Shown: piece after piece, positions 35,304 to 44,395 of the stretch
Numbering within the stretch: position 1 is the first letter of the stretch
Layout of the letters: the number at the start of each line of letters is the position of its first letter
Source: an uncultured delta proteobacterium
Lineage (GTDB): Bacteria > Myxococcota > B64-G9
Direction of reading: 5' to 3'
Assembly: GCA_963754925.1 (NCBI GenBank)
Contig: CAVWHX010000005.1
Coordinates: forward strand, 32,001 to 96,000
Length of the DNA: 64,000 bases
The notes under the pieces: model-generated
Database searches by the model: none
Told to the model about the DNA's origin: nothing
Seen by the model: only the letters and a program-made list of their open reading frames with translations
Translations under genes and position numbers: made by a program

Positions 35304-35539
35304 TTAAGTTCTTCTTTACATTCAGAAATCGGCGTCTTCAATCCCTTAATGATCGACATGCGCATGCCGGGGATGGACAATAAGTAAAGTGTCTCTTCTA
35401 TAGATCGCCAATCTTCTTCAGAGACTAAGACCGCATTGTGTCGTTTGCCCGTAATGAGAACCGGTTCGTGTGATACAGCCGTGCCATCAATAAGCCGGTA
35501 TAACCTGGCTCGGGCGTCGGTAGCTTTAACAGAAGTCAT
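35297..35539 (-). CDS. yefM: Phd/YefM family antitoxin
   Basis: ATDARARLYRLID, HEPVLITGKR, EEDWRSIEETLYL. Overlaps the toxin. Confidence 0.92.
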   Translation of the reverse strand: MTSVKATDARARLYRLIDGTAVSHEPVLITGKRHNAVLVSEEDWRSIEETLYLLSIPGMRMSIIKGLKTPISECKEELKW

Positions 35540-35556
35540 GATCGCCTCCTCATCAA

Positions 35557-35585
35557 ACAGTACGTTATAACGTACATATTGTCAA
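35557..35585 (-). promoter_or_regulatory. yefM-yoeB promoter with a 16-bp operator palindrome
   Basis: TTGACA (35585-35580), 17 bp, TACTGT. Perfect palindrome GTACGTTATAACGTAC at 35560-35575. Confidence 0.75.
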
Positions 35586-35599
35586 GTGCATTGCAGCTC

Positions 35600-35740
35600 G
35601 CACTACGCAACGGCCGAAGGCGGGAAATCGAGGCAGCCTCACAACGTCGCATGGCTCGCCATAGATCCCAGTCCCTTTGAAGACCGAGCCAGTAATCCAC
35701 AGGCATCCCAAGAACACGTTCGAGGCGTAGCGCCGTAAAG
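35600..35740 (-). pseudogene. C-terminal remnant of a HigA (HTH_3 addiction-module) antitoxin
   Basis: TALRLERVLGMPVDYWLGLQRDWDLWRA. The N-terminal HTH is missing. Confidence 0.7.
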
Positions 35741-35744
35741 AATA

Positions 35745-36335
35745 TCACTTAGTATCAAGGATACCCAGCAGTTGGCCGCTTATCATAAGCGACCCTGTTT
35801 CCATAAGGAATTTGCTGATCTCGGCCTCATTCATGGGACCGACCCTGGCATTATTGAGAAGCACCGCCAGCCCATGGCTGAAAACCCACATTCTGTAAAG
35901 AACGTCTTTTTTTTGTTTAACGGATAACTGCTTTAGGATATTATCATTCTTGAGAAACGCCAGAAGTCGGTCAAAAATATAGGCGCGGTATGTATTGAAA
36001 AGTTTTAAAATCTTATCTTCCCCGATCTTAGAAAAATACATTTTACGAAAGAGGTTTTTTTCTTCCTGCGCAAAAAGGACATACCCCACCCCCATATTGA
36101 GAAAAACCATGCCCGTTCGCTGCCGCGTCTGAAAGCGTATGAGAAGATCAATCGCTTTTTGGTCGATTTGACCTTCTAACTTCTTCATAGATTTGAGGGC
36201 CGAATAGATAGGCATCGTGGAAGAACCAAGCTCCGTGGCGATCGATCGCGCGGTGCATTTCTCCCAGCCTTGATTTCGCGTTATTTTGAAGGCTGCCTCA
36301 ACAATCTCATCGTGGGTAAATTTCTTAAGTGGCAT
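35745..36335 (-). CDS. TetR/AcrR family transcriptional regulator (WHG-like C-terminus)
   Basis: IVEAAF...G....TARSIATELGSSTMPIYS and W...HGLA. Confidence 0.88.
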   Translation of the reverse strand: MPLKKFTHDEIVEAAFKITRNQGWEKCTARSIATELGSSTMPIYSALKSMKKLEGQIDQKAIDLLIRFQTRQRTGMVFLNMGVGYVLFAQEEKNLFRKMYFSKIGEDKILKLFNTYRAYIFDRLLAFLKNDNILKQLSVKQKKDVLYRMWVFSHGLAVLLNNARVGPMNEAEISKFLMETGSLMISGQLLGILDTK

Positions 36336-36417
36336 ACCTGTTCCTGAAGACTATCTTTATCATATAACAACAATTTTATAACACTTCAATAGTGGCGGCC
36401 GGCGATACGACCAACAC

Positions 36418-37731
36418 CTAAATTTTCAGCGCCCAGCCCTTACCCTGCACTGTTGCGCCAGTTTTCATGGCGCCGAGAAACCGCGAGCGCATGGTGTCGC
36501 TCATCAGGGCTTTTTTGACCGGCGTTAGCTTCAAAAAGCCGCCGATGACGCCGCGCATGAATTTGTGGGTGATCTTGTTGGGATTGTCGAATATCTGATT
36601 CTGCAGTGTTCCGCGCTCGATGGCCTGGAGCATTATCCGTTCGAAGGTGGTTTCCGGATGGATCACGCGTTGCTGCCGCTTGACCAGCTTAATGGCTTTT
36701 TTGTTGCACTTCAAGCCGCAGACGCCGCAGCCGAGGCAGTGGGCCGTGTTGATGCGCGGGTCGGCTTTCTTCTTGGTCGTGGGATTTTCGATCGGCACCA
36801 TCTGAATGACGTCGATGGGGCATAGTTTGGCGCATTTGCCGCAGCCTATGCACAAGGTTTCATCGGTCTCGGCGATGTATGTGGAGGTGACGATGGTGTT
36901 CGGATACCCGTATTTGCTGATTCCGTGCAGGGCTTCGCAGCAGCATTTACAGCAATGGCACATGAAGGTGAGGTTTTTCTGGACGTTGTCGGCGTTGAGG
37001 ACCAGCCCCAGCTCCTTGGAGCGCGCAACGTTTTCCAACATCTCGGTTTTACTTACCTCCCGGGCTAGCTTGTGTCTGATCAGGTAGTCCGCGCCGGTGC
37101 CGAACGAAGAGCAGTTATCCAATGGGATTGTGCAGGTCTTGGTGCCGAGGTGCGTGGCTTCGTGGCGGCAGGGGCAGAGCGCCATGGAGAATTTGTTGGA
37201 TTGTTCGACGATTGTGCTGGCTTTCTCATAATCCAGGATCTCTACATGGGCTGAATCGCGCACCGCCTCTTCGTGCGGCAGGGTCCTAAGAGGCGTGACT
37301 TTTTGTCCTGCGCCCAGGTTTGCTTCGAGGTAGGCCGGATCCTCGGACATATACTCATGAAACAGCCGCGCCCATTGCTTATAATTAAGATCGCCGCCGG
37401 TGCGCATCATGGTGAACTCAAATATTCCGACAACCATCGGCGCCAGCATGTAGTAGTATTCGCCTTTCAACCAAGCGTCCATCACCAGACCCTTTTCGCA
37501 TAATCCATCGAGCAGCGTGCGCGCCGCGTCGACGCTGAGTCTCGTAAGCTCGGCGATGCGGCTCACGTTGGACATGACATAGGGCATGTTGCAGATAAAT
37601 TCAGCCTCTTCCGGGGTATAGAGCTCTTTTAGTATCTGATAGAATCCATCGTTCCATGGGGTTCTGATGGGCAAATCATCGATTTTTTTACCGAGCTTTC
37701 TAAAAACGTCTTTTCCGTTCTTATGTCCCAT
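36418..37731 (-). CDS. 4Fe-4S binding protein with N-terminal winged-helix-like domain
   Basis: CPCR, CHCCKCCC, CIGCGKCAKLCP and CLGCGVCGLKC. Confidence 0.85.
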   Translation of the reverse strand: MGHKNGKDVFRKLGKKIDDLPIRTPWNDGFYQILKELYTPEEAEFICNMPYVMSNVSRIAELTRLSVDAARTLLDGLCEKGLVMDAWLKGEYYYMLAPMVVGIFEFTMMRTGGDLNYKQWARLFHEYMSEDPAYLEANLGAGQKVTPLRTLPHEEAVRDSAHVEILDYEKASTIVEQSNKFSMALCPCRHEATHLGTKTCTIPLDNCSSFGTGADYLIRHKLAREVSKTEMLENVARSKELGLVLNADNVQKNLTFMCHCCKCCCEALHGISKYGYPNTIVTSTYIAETDETLCIGCGKCAKLCPIDVIQMVPIENPTTKKKADPRINTAHCLGCGVCGLKCNKKAIKLVKRQQRVIHPETTFERIMLQAIERGTLQNQIFDNPNKITHKFMRGVIGGFLKLTPVKKALMSDTMRSRFLGAMKTGATVQGKGWALKI

Positions 37732-37779
37732 GACGACCTCCGCTATCCGATAGTTGATGACACCTTAGTGAAACACCGC

Positions 37780-37831
37780 CTGTTATTAAAATAACAGACG
37801 TTATATAACATACGTTATTTAATACTGTCAA
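37780..37831 (-). promoter_or_regulatory. Tandem GTTAT/ATAAC operator palindromes overlapping a promoter
   Basis: CTGTTATT-AA-AATAACAG 37780-37797, GTTATATAAC 37800-37809, GTTATTTAATAC 37814-37825 and TTGACA at 37831-37826. Confidence 0.7.
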
Positions 37832-37848
37832 GACATTTTTAAGGCGCC

Positions 37849-37901
37849 GCACGACGCGTTTACCCCGGATCATCCCTTTTGTGAAGCCGTGAAGAGCTCG
37901 G
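37849..37901 (+). repeat. Second diverged remnant of the ICMT-family gene tail
   Basis: CCGGATCATCCCTTTTGTGAAGCCGTGAAGAGC versus 31105-31137. Reads RIIPFVKP* versus RIIPLVKP*. Confidence 0.8.
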
Positions 37902-38007
37902 TGGGAGATGGGTGGCGAGTTTTGATAGACAATTTTTATCATCGTTATACTATGGAAAATGGTCAATTATGAATCTATGAAGAAATCTGGATACCAGGGG
38001 CCAAAGA

Positions 38008-38580
38008 ATGGAAGCTCAAGTTAGGGGAAGATCAATCTTAGGGTTAATACGATTCATCAAAGACGATTTTGGACCAGATGTCTTACAAGAAATAATCCAT
38101 GACGGCGGACCTGCCCTCAAGGAAATGTTTTCTAGCCGGATACGAATAACCGGTTGGTACTCATATAAAGCGTATACGGATTTTCTTTGCGCGATTGCAA
38201 ATAGGTTACAACGGGGAGACTCAGATTTTTTTAGAAAAGTAGGAAACAAAACGGGAACGATTGATATGAGCACCATATTACGCGTCTATGTGACTATTGC
38301 AAGCTCTGAACGGTTGATACGCAGTTGCACTAAAATCTGGGAATCGACTTTCAATAATGCCGGCCGAATGGAAGCGATATCGTGGAGCCCCGATAATACC
38401 GTAGTGAGAATTTATGATTTTCCCCAGATGCATCCCTACCACTGCAGCCTCATAGCTGGATGGATGATAGCAACGATGGACAGTATTGGGCTGAAAGTAG
38501 ACCCAGATTCAAAAGAAACTAAATGCACCAGCAAGGGTGATGACTACCATGAGTTTCATGCAATCTGGCAAAAGAGATAA
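38008..38580 (+). CDS. Myxobacterial DUF2378/TIGR02265-like, V4R/HNOB-like protein
   Basis: VRG..I.....FI...FG, GWY, C..IAGW and C...GD.YHEF...W. Confidence 0.65.
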   Translation: MEAQVRGRSILGLIRFIKDDFGPDVLQEIIHDGGPALKEMFSSRIRITGWYSYKAYTDFLCAIANRLQRGDSDFFRKVGNKTGTIDMSTILRVYVTIASSERLIRSCTKIWESTFNNAGRMEAISWSPDNTVVRIYDFPQMHPYHCSLIAGWMIATMDSIGLKVDPDSKETKCTSKGDDYHEFHAIWQKR

Positions 38581-38645
38581 TCACTAGGTACCGCCTCACT
38601 CAGGGTGTCAGCCGACCAGCACCCCGTCATCCGATATGTCTTATC

Positions 38646-39299
38646 TCAACCACATCCAACGCATGGTGTGGTCTTAATAGTAAGATTCACGCTTCCGGTG
38701 ACGGACTTAGTCACTATCACTTCATTGGCATTATTCTGAATGGTAAAGTCGAAGGATACGGCATCTCCCATGGCAGATGGTACGGTATGGAAGACAACGG
38801 AGGCTATTCCGCAATTATAATATTCGCTGTCGCAAACTATCTCTTGTCCATTGATTCGGTTATCGTACCGATACCCAAAGAATTGCCCACCGTAGGGATA
38901 TGAGACTTCGGGTTCGACTGAGTTGATCATGAGGACGGTAACTTGAAGAGAGTCACCGATTAAGTTCGACAAGATATCTTGGTAGCACTCATTACCGTCC
39001 GTAATGTCCCCACAAACATCCTTAAATTGCTTCCCCAAATCCGCCATATATTCCTCAGAACAAGAGCCTCCATACCAACATTCCACAGCTTTTAGGTATG
39101 CCCTCATATATTTTACTATTCTTGGATCGGTACTGACTTCCACCTGGAGATCCGCTCTGCCGGTCAATACGCGGTTTTGATCGGTCTCGAAATCAAGAGC
39201 CAAAACCTCTGTGTCCGATTCCGTTCCCCCTTTTCCACACGCGAAGAACATGGCTGACTGAGCTAGCACTGCCAACAAGATGGCGACGAACGTTTTCAT
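38646..39299 (-). CDS. Hypothetical lipoprotein
   Basis: MKTFVAILLAVLAQSAMFFAC lipobox-like signal, GGAGG RBS, Cys-rich. Confidence 0.7.
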   Translation of the reverse strand: MKTFVAILLAVLAQSAMFFACGKGGTESDTEVLALDFETDQNRVLTGRADLQVEVSTDPRIVKYMRAYLKAVECWYGGSCSEEYMADLGKQFKDVCGDITDGNECYQDILSNLIGDSLQVTVLMINSVEPEVSYPYGGQFFGYRYDNRINGQEIVCDSEYYNCGIASVVFHTVPSAMGDAVSFDFTIQNNANEVIVTKSVTGSVNLTIKTTPCVGCG

Positions 39300-39364
39300 T
39301 CGTGCCTCCCCTAATAATGATTGTGCTTCCTCTATAACACTCGGTCGATACTGCCGCAAGGAGT

Positions 39365-39895
39365 ATGTTTGCCCGCGAGATGCTCAACAATCCAAAACAA
39401 CGCGCCGCCAGTCAATACATGCTGTTATTTCGTAGCCCGGATGCGGAAAAAATCCTGGCGGAAAAAGACTATGCGCTGTTCTTCCAATCATTTACCGAGG
39501 GCAAAAGCGCCTGGAAGCCGTCAAAAGAAGATCGTCGCCGCTATGCTGAAGCCTGGTCGTTACCGGGCGGGTTCACCGGCGGTTTGAATTACTATCGGGC
39601 CTCATTTGTTTATCCACCCGGTTCCCCGGAGGAGGAAGACCGCCTGAGAGACTTTGCCAATCTTACACCCGAGGCGTTCTCGATAAACGTGCCGACCTTA
39701 GTGATATGGGGTGAGCGCGATCCCGCCTTCGTCAATGACAACCTCACGGGGCTTGAAGATTACGTGAGCGATCTCACCCTGGTGCGGATTCCCGATGCGT
39801 CACACTGGGTCGTCAAGGAGCGGCCCGAACGGGTCAGTGCGTTGATACGAGAATTTATAGCAAAAAATATCAAGCTAACCGTACTCACGTCGTGA
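39365..39895 (+). pseudogene. C-terminal half of an epoxide-hydrolase-like alpha/beta hydrolase
   Basis: SQYM..F, GGLNYYRA, VPTLVIWGERD, ASHWV..E.P. The N-terminal HGFP and nucleophile motifs are absent and the fragment abuts the divergent gene. Confidence 0.78.
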
Positions 39896-40005
39896 GGCAC
39901 TTCGGTCCCCATCCCCCAAAATCAGTGCCACCCGTTTAGAAATCAATTTAAAGATATTACCCTTAATGAAAAAATCTTATCCAAATTGACGGCGGGGCAA
40001 TTCCC

Positions 40006-41733
40006 TTAGCCGTTATCGAAGGCGCTGCAATCGTCCACGATGAGCGTGGCGGTATTGACGCCGTTGAGGCAATTGGAGGTGCACACTTTCGCGGCATAGG
40101 CGCCGAAATAGATGGCGTTGAAACCACCGTCAGCAGGAATGACGGCATCCGTGGCGATCTGGGACCAAACCCCGGGGCTGGCCGGGAAGGCAGTGCTTCT
40201 CATCCATTGGTTGGTGGCATGGCTTATGCTGTCGTTCTCGTACACCATGAGTCCGACCGGAACATCGGATTGGTACCAGCACGTTAAGGTGTAACGATGG
40301 CCCGGAATTACCGGCGTACCACAGCTTTTGTAATCCGGAATCGCTTGCGTGCCGCGATCTTGAATCAGGGTGCTCGACCCGACCCCGCTTATGACTACTT
40401 GCTGCGCCAATCCTGTTCGGCCCGCCACTTGGCTCCAGACGGCGGTATTGGTGGAGGCGTTTATTTGCGTCCAGCAGTCCGGAGGCGCGCTGGCCCCTCC
40501 GAGGTAACTTTCCATGTCGCCGTTTATAACCAGCGGAGTGCCGCTTGGGACCGGCTGGTTGACGGGTCCGGCGGCAACTTGCGAGATGGTGCGCACGATG
40601 GTTCCCTGGGGTTTGCGCGCGGCCAGCCAGCTCGTGAACTGACCGAAGAGATCGGTATCCCAGGCCAACAAGGGGTCGCAGGCGGCGCCGGGGCATATGT
40701 GGTGGAAATTGATGATGAGCCAAGGAGGATTCGGATCGGCGGCGTTTTGGTTCGTCTCGGCTTCCTCAACCGTTTGCTCCAACTGCCCCAAGGTCACGAG
40801 ACTATTTACCGAAGAGGCGGCCCGTAACATGTACGGATCGGCCGGCGGCACCGATTCCGCGAAGATGCCGTGGTTGGCGTCAAGGTTTCCAACACCCCGT
40901 GCGGTCACGTAGCCGCATTGCGAAGCCGCCGATTCGGCGACGTTATCGGGCATGGGCGCCACATCGGCGTCGTTTTGACCGAACGGATAGGCGAAACTGC
41001 GGATCTCAAAGCCGCGCGCGAGCAGGTCGACCCGGCTGTCGCAAACCTCGCGCTTGATCCGATCGGCAGGAAACAGCGTTGTGACAAGGTGTAGATGCAT
41101 GAGACCGTGCGAGCCTATCTCGTGGCCCACAGTTTGCATCTCTAGAATCTCCGGGGTGGTCAGATACGATCCTCCCGGCAAATCGATGCGCGAACTGTTC
41201 ACATAGAATGTCGCCCGCATGCCGTTTGCTTCAAGCGTTGGCGCCGCGTTGCTAAACTCGTCCGCGAAGGTGTCGTCGAGCGTCAGGCTGACAACGAGAA
41301 GCGGCCGAGGGACGGACGAAGAGGCTACGCATGTTCCCTGGGCGCAGACTTGACCGCTCGTACATTGAGTCGAGCAATCGCCGCAGTGATCTGGATCCAC
41401 AGATGTATTGAAGCATTGATTGGAACACATAGTCCAACTTCCACCGCTGCAACCGACATGGCACACTCCAAACGAGCAAATTTCGCCGGCGGCGCAGGTG
41501 ACCGAGGCACAGGGGTCAGGCGGAGAGGTAGAGCCTCCTAAGCTCGGGGACTGACGGGCTGTTCCGCAGGTGAAAAAGAAAACGGTGAGCAACCCAAAAA
41601 CTGCCCAAATCGCTGCTTCTGCCCGGCGAGTGAAAAATCTCTTATTTGCTTCGAAATCTATCGCGATTAATGTTTTATCAGAGAATCCAGTTTTTTCAGA
41701 TTTTTTATATGAATTTTGAAAGCTGACAGACAC
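40006..41733 (-). CDS. Polysaccharide deacetylase (CE4/NodB) with N-terminal Cys-rich module and C-terminal CBM4/9-like domain
   Basis: LTLDD, ATFYV, GHEIGSHGLMH, FAYPFG, DPDHCGDC repeat and INGDME. Start codon uncertain. Confidence 0.85.
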   Translation of the reverse strand: MSVSFQNSYKKSEKTGFSDKTLIAIDFEANKRFFTRRAEAAIWAVFGLLTVFFFTCGTARQSPSLGGSTSPPDPCASVTCAAGEICSFGVCHVGCSGGSWTMCSNQCFNTSVDPDHCGDCSTQCTSGQVCAQGTCVASSSVPRPLLVVSLTLDDTFADEFSNAAPTLEANGMRATFYVNSSRIDLPGGSYLTTPEILEMQTVGHEIGSHGLMHLHLVTTLFPADRIKREVCDSRVDLLARGFEIRSFAYPFGQNDADVAPMPDNVAESAASQCGYVTARGVGNLDANHGIFAESVPPADPYMLRAASSVNSLVTLGQLEQTVEEAETNQNAADPNPPWLIINFHHICPGAACDPLLAWDTDLFGQFTSWLAARKPQGTIVRTISQVAAGPVNQPVPSGTPLVINGDMESYLGGASAPPDCWTQINASTNTAVWSQVAGRTGLAQQVVISGVGSSTLIQDRGTQAIPDYKSCGTPVIPGHRYTLTCWYQSDVPVGLMVYENDSISHATNQWMRSTAFPASPGVWSQIATDAVIPADGGFNAIYFGAYAAKVCTSNCLNGVNTATLIVDDCSAFDNG

Positions 41734-41882
41734 GGCGTTATTCCTTTCATCAATTGCAATATTAACAACAAGTCAATCTATATTTTTTTTTCACAAACAA
41801 CTCCACTAAACGTTAAGTATTCATTACGCTTTTGTAAAGAGCGTTTTTAAAATTCAGTGTAATTCTACATGCTTATTGGACC

Positions 41883-42043
41883 GCCCGCCTGCGCCGTTGA
41901 TTGGCCTTAGATACTGTTAGCGGACGAAGTGAGTATACGGTATCTTATCCCCGCCAAGGGGGCTTCGCGACTGAATGGGAGAGCAGGGAGCCGCCGAGAT
42001 AGGTTAGATAGACTGACTAATTCCAAAAGAATCAGTATGTATT
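41883..42043 (+). pseudogene. 5S rRNA 3'-part plus terminator, remnant 3 (most diverged), with an inverted mini-element at 41907-41962
   Basis: GCCCGCCTGCGCCGTTGAT..GCC|element|..GCGACTGAATGGGAGAGCAGGGAGCCGCCGAGATA...ACTGACTAATTCCAAAAGAATCAGT aligns to about 26271-26375. Element (revcomp) CCCCCTTGGCGGGGATAA-GATACCGT-ATACTCACTTCGTCCGCTA-ACAGTATC-TAA. Confidence 0.75.
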
Positions 42044-42456
42044 GACTCGGCAACGCGTTAGGAGTTAACGTAAGACCGGGTTTTAGAAGGCGCCATTGGA
42101 AATCAAGGGTGCCGAGGGTGCGAGAGGATCAAAAGTGCGTTTATATTCCCTAGGTATCGCTCCTTATAGTGAAAAGCTTCAATAAAGGTGTAGTGCCCGA
42201 ATACAATAAATTTACGACACCTTTAGGTAGGGCGAACATGAATACGAATATCACCGGAATCAGATGGCACGGCCGCGGCGGCCAGGGCGCCATTACCGCA
42301 GCCAAGATTGTGGCCCAGGCGGCGTTTGTCTCAGGTTACCACGGCGTCGTCATGGCGTCGTCATTCGGCACCGAGCGGCGCTGACGTGCCCCCCGAAAAC
42401 TGGACCATTTTCAATGAGAGTTCCTTCGGCTAGAATGCCGGAAAGGAGCTTGCTCA

Positions 42457-42723
42457 ATGAAAGGGAAACGGTTTTCTGAGGATAAGATCATCGGGATATT
42501 GAAAGAAGCCGAAGCGGGGGTGAAGCTGTCTGATCTGTGTCGTACGCATGGCTTCTGCGAACAAACGTACTACCGTTGGAAATCCAAGTACGGCGGGATG
42601 GACGTCAGCGAGGCGCGGCGGCTGAAGCAGCTTGAGGAAGAAAACCGAAGGCTGAAGCGTGCCGTGGCCGATCTCACTCTCGACAACCAGATCTTGAGGG
42701 ATATCAACTCAAGAAAATGGTGA
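42457..42723 (+). CDS. IS3 transposase OrfA (HTH)
   Basis: KRFSEDKIIGIL, TYYRWKSKYGGM and LKQLEEENRRLK. Confidence 0.93.
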   Translation: MKGKRFSEDKIIGILKEAEAGVKLSDLCRTHGFCEQTYYRWKSKYGGMDVSEARRLKQLEEENRRLKRAVADLTLDNQILRDINSRKW

Positions 42724-43628
42724 AGCCCGCAGCGCGAAAGCAGGCCGTTGTGCATGCCCGCGAGGAATTTGGGGTGAGCGAACGACGCGCCTGCGGGCTG
42801 ATGAGGATCGGGCGATCGAGCTTTCGGTACCGTTCGGTAGGCCAACTGTATCCGCAGTTGCGGGAGCGTCTTTTAGAGCTTGCGGCGCAGCGGGTACGCT
42901 TCGGATATCGACGGTTGCAGGTGTTATTGCGGCGGGAAGGGTATGTGGTGAATCACAAGCGGGTGTATCGGCTGTATCGGCAAGAGGGATTGAGCGTGAG
43001 GAAGAAGCAGCGCAAGAGATACCGGAGCATCGCGCGGCAGCCGCTGCGTCTTCCGGAAGGACTCAACGAGCGATGGTCGATGGATTTTCTATCTGATTGT
43101 CTCTCAGATGGGCGACGGTTGAAGGTGTTGAGCGTGCTGGATGAATTCAGTCGAGAGAGTCTTGCCTTACCCGTAGACACGTCCATTTCCGGCAGCCGGG
43201 TGGCCAGGATTTTGGACGATATTGCCGCTGAACGGGGTAGGTATCCCGAAGCGATGGTGACGGATAACGGTCCGGAGTTCACGAGTCGTGCGCTGGACCT
43301 CTGGGCGTACCGGCATGGGGTGCAGTTGCATTTTATCGAGCCAGGCAAGCCGGTGCAGAATGCCCTGATCGAAAGCTTCAACGGCAAATTTCGAGATGAA
43401 TGTCTCAATCAACATTGGTTTATAAATCTACAAGATGCTCGTAATAAAATCGAATCATGGCGGATGGATTACAATCATGTGCGGCCACACAGCTCGCTGG
43501 GACAGGAGACACCGGCGGAGTTCGCGCGACAGTTTTCAGAGCTTCGGTCGCCTCCGGCTCCCTTCGCTCTGAAAACTGTTGTTGCTATGGATAAAGGAAC
43601 GATGGTTAACCATGAACAACTCTCATAG
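42717..43628 (+). CDS. IS3 transposase OrfB (DDE catalytic), overlapping OrfA in the -1 frame
   Basis: WSMDF, TDNGPEF, PGKPVQNA.IESFNG.FRDE and YN..RPHSSLG. Confidence 0.95.
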   Translation: MVKPAARKQAVVHAREEFGVSERRACGLMRIGRSSFRYRSVGQLYPQLRERLLELAAQRVRFGYRRLQVLLRREGYVVNHKRVYRLYRQEGLSVRKKQRKRYRSIARQPLRLPEGLNERWSMDFLSDCLSDGRRLKVLSVLDEFSRESLALPVDTSISGSRVARILDDIAAERGRYPEAMVTDNGPEFTSRALDLWAYRHGVQLHFIEPGKPVQNALIESFNGKFRDECLNQHWFINLQDARNKIESWRMDYNHVRPHSSLGQETPAEFARQFSELRSPPAPFALKTVVAMDKGTMVNHEQLS

Positions 43629-44080
43629 AGAGTGGTCCTATGAACGGGGGCACGTCAGCGCGGCGCGCCGGTATTGACCTCGCTGAAAATATCGCGCGGA
43701 AAGATCTACGACCTTACGGCCATCGAAGAACCGGATATCGTGGTCGTGCTCGATCATCTGCTGCTTACGGAAGTCGACGTGCTGAACGGCCTGCGGCCGG
43801 GCGGCCGCATTGTGCTCAACACGCCGCACCCTTTGGAGACATACCGCGTGAACGGCAACTCCCTGGCGGTGGCGGACGTCACGGCCCTGTTGGTTCAGGC
43901 GGGCCTTGCGCACGGCATGGTGAACGCCGGCATCATCGGGCTTTTGGCGCGCTGCATTCCAGCTATCCCCTTTGAACTCATGCTCTCGTGCATCGAGACC
44001 GAGTTTCGGGACAGAAAGCCGCAGGCCAACGCAACGGCCGCCAAGCTGGCTTATGAACAGGCCCTGCTCAAGGAGCGACG

Positions 44081-44395
44081 ATGAACACGCGCGGCTACCG
44101 CTACAAGATTTCCCTGAGCGAGCCCGGTAAGGGCGACGGCGGTCGGACCGGCTCTTGGCGGGTGGAACGGCCGGTGATAGATGAGGCCACGTGCCTGGCG
44201 GGCAAGAAAAAGGCCGAGGTGTGCATGCTGTGCTGGATGTACTGCCCGGATGCCGTGATCAGCCGAAGCGCGCCTCCGACAATCGATTACGAATACTGCA
44301 AGGGTTGCGGGATCTGCGCCGAGGAGTGTCCGGCCAAGGCCATCGCCATGGTGGACGAGGCGCAGTTCGCCAAGAACGAGGATGTATGCATGTAA
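44081..44395 (+). CDS. porD: 2-oxoacid:ferredoxin oxidoreductase delta subunit
   Basis: TGSWR..RP, CW.YCPD and CKGCGICAEECP. Confidence 0.9.
   Translation: MNTRGYRYKISLSEPGKGDGGRTGSWRVERPVIDEATCLAGKKKAEVCMLCWMYCPDAVISRSAPPTIDYEYCKGCGICAEECPAKAIAMVDEAQFAKNEDVCM

Larger units (their letters stand above)
42382..43657 (+). mobile_element. IS3 family (IS407 group) insertion sequence, 1276 bp
   Basis: IRL TGACGTGCCCCCCGAAAACTGGACCATTTTCAATGAGAGTT and IRR (revcomp) TGACGTGCCCCCGTTCATAGGACCACTCTCTATGAGAGTT. 4-bp TSD GCGC at 42378-42381 and 43658-43661. Confidence 0.96.
42238..44084 (+). pseudogene. porC: 2-oxoacid:ferredoxin oxidoreductase gamma subunit, interrupted by an IS
   Basis: IRWHGRGGQGAITA...FGTERR|IS|GAPVLTSLKIS...EPDIVVVLD...NAGIIG. 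Removing the IS and one GCGC restores ERRGAPV. Confidence 0.9.

Noticed and set aside
37721..37966. ORF containing a toxin-like LHGFTK motif
   Set aside because: It is the antisense reading of the ICMT tail repeat and runs through a promoter/operator region.
26379..42043. Classical integron cassette array
   Set aside because: No intI, no consistent RYYYAAC...GTTRRRY attC after each gene, and cargo genes lie in both orientations.
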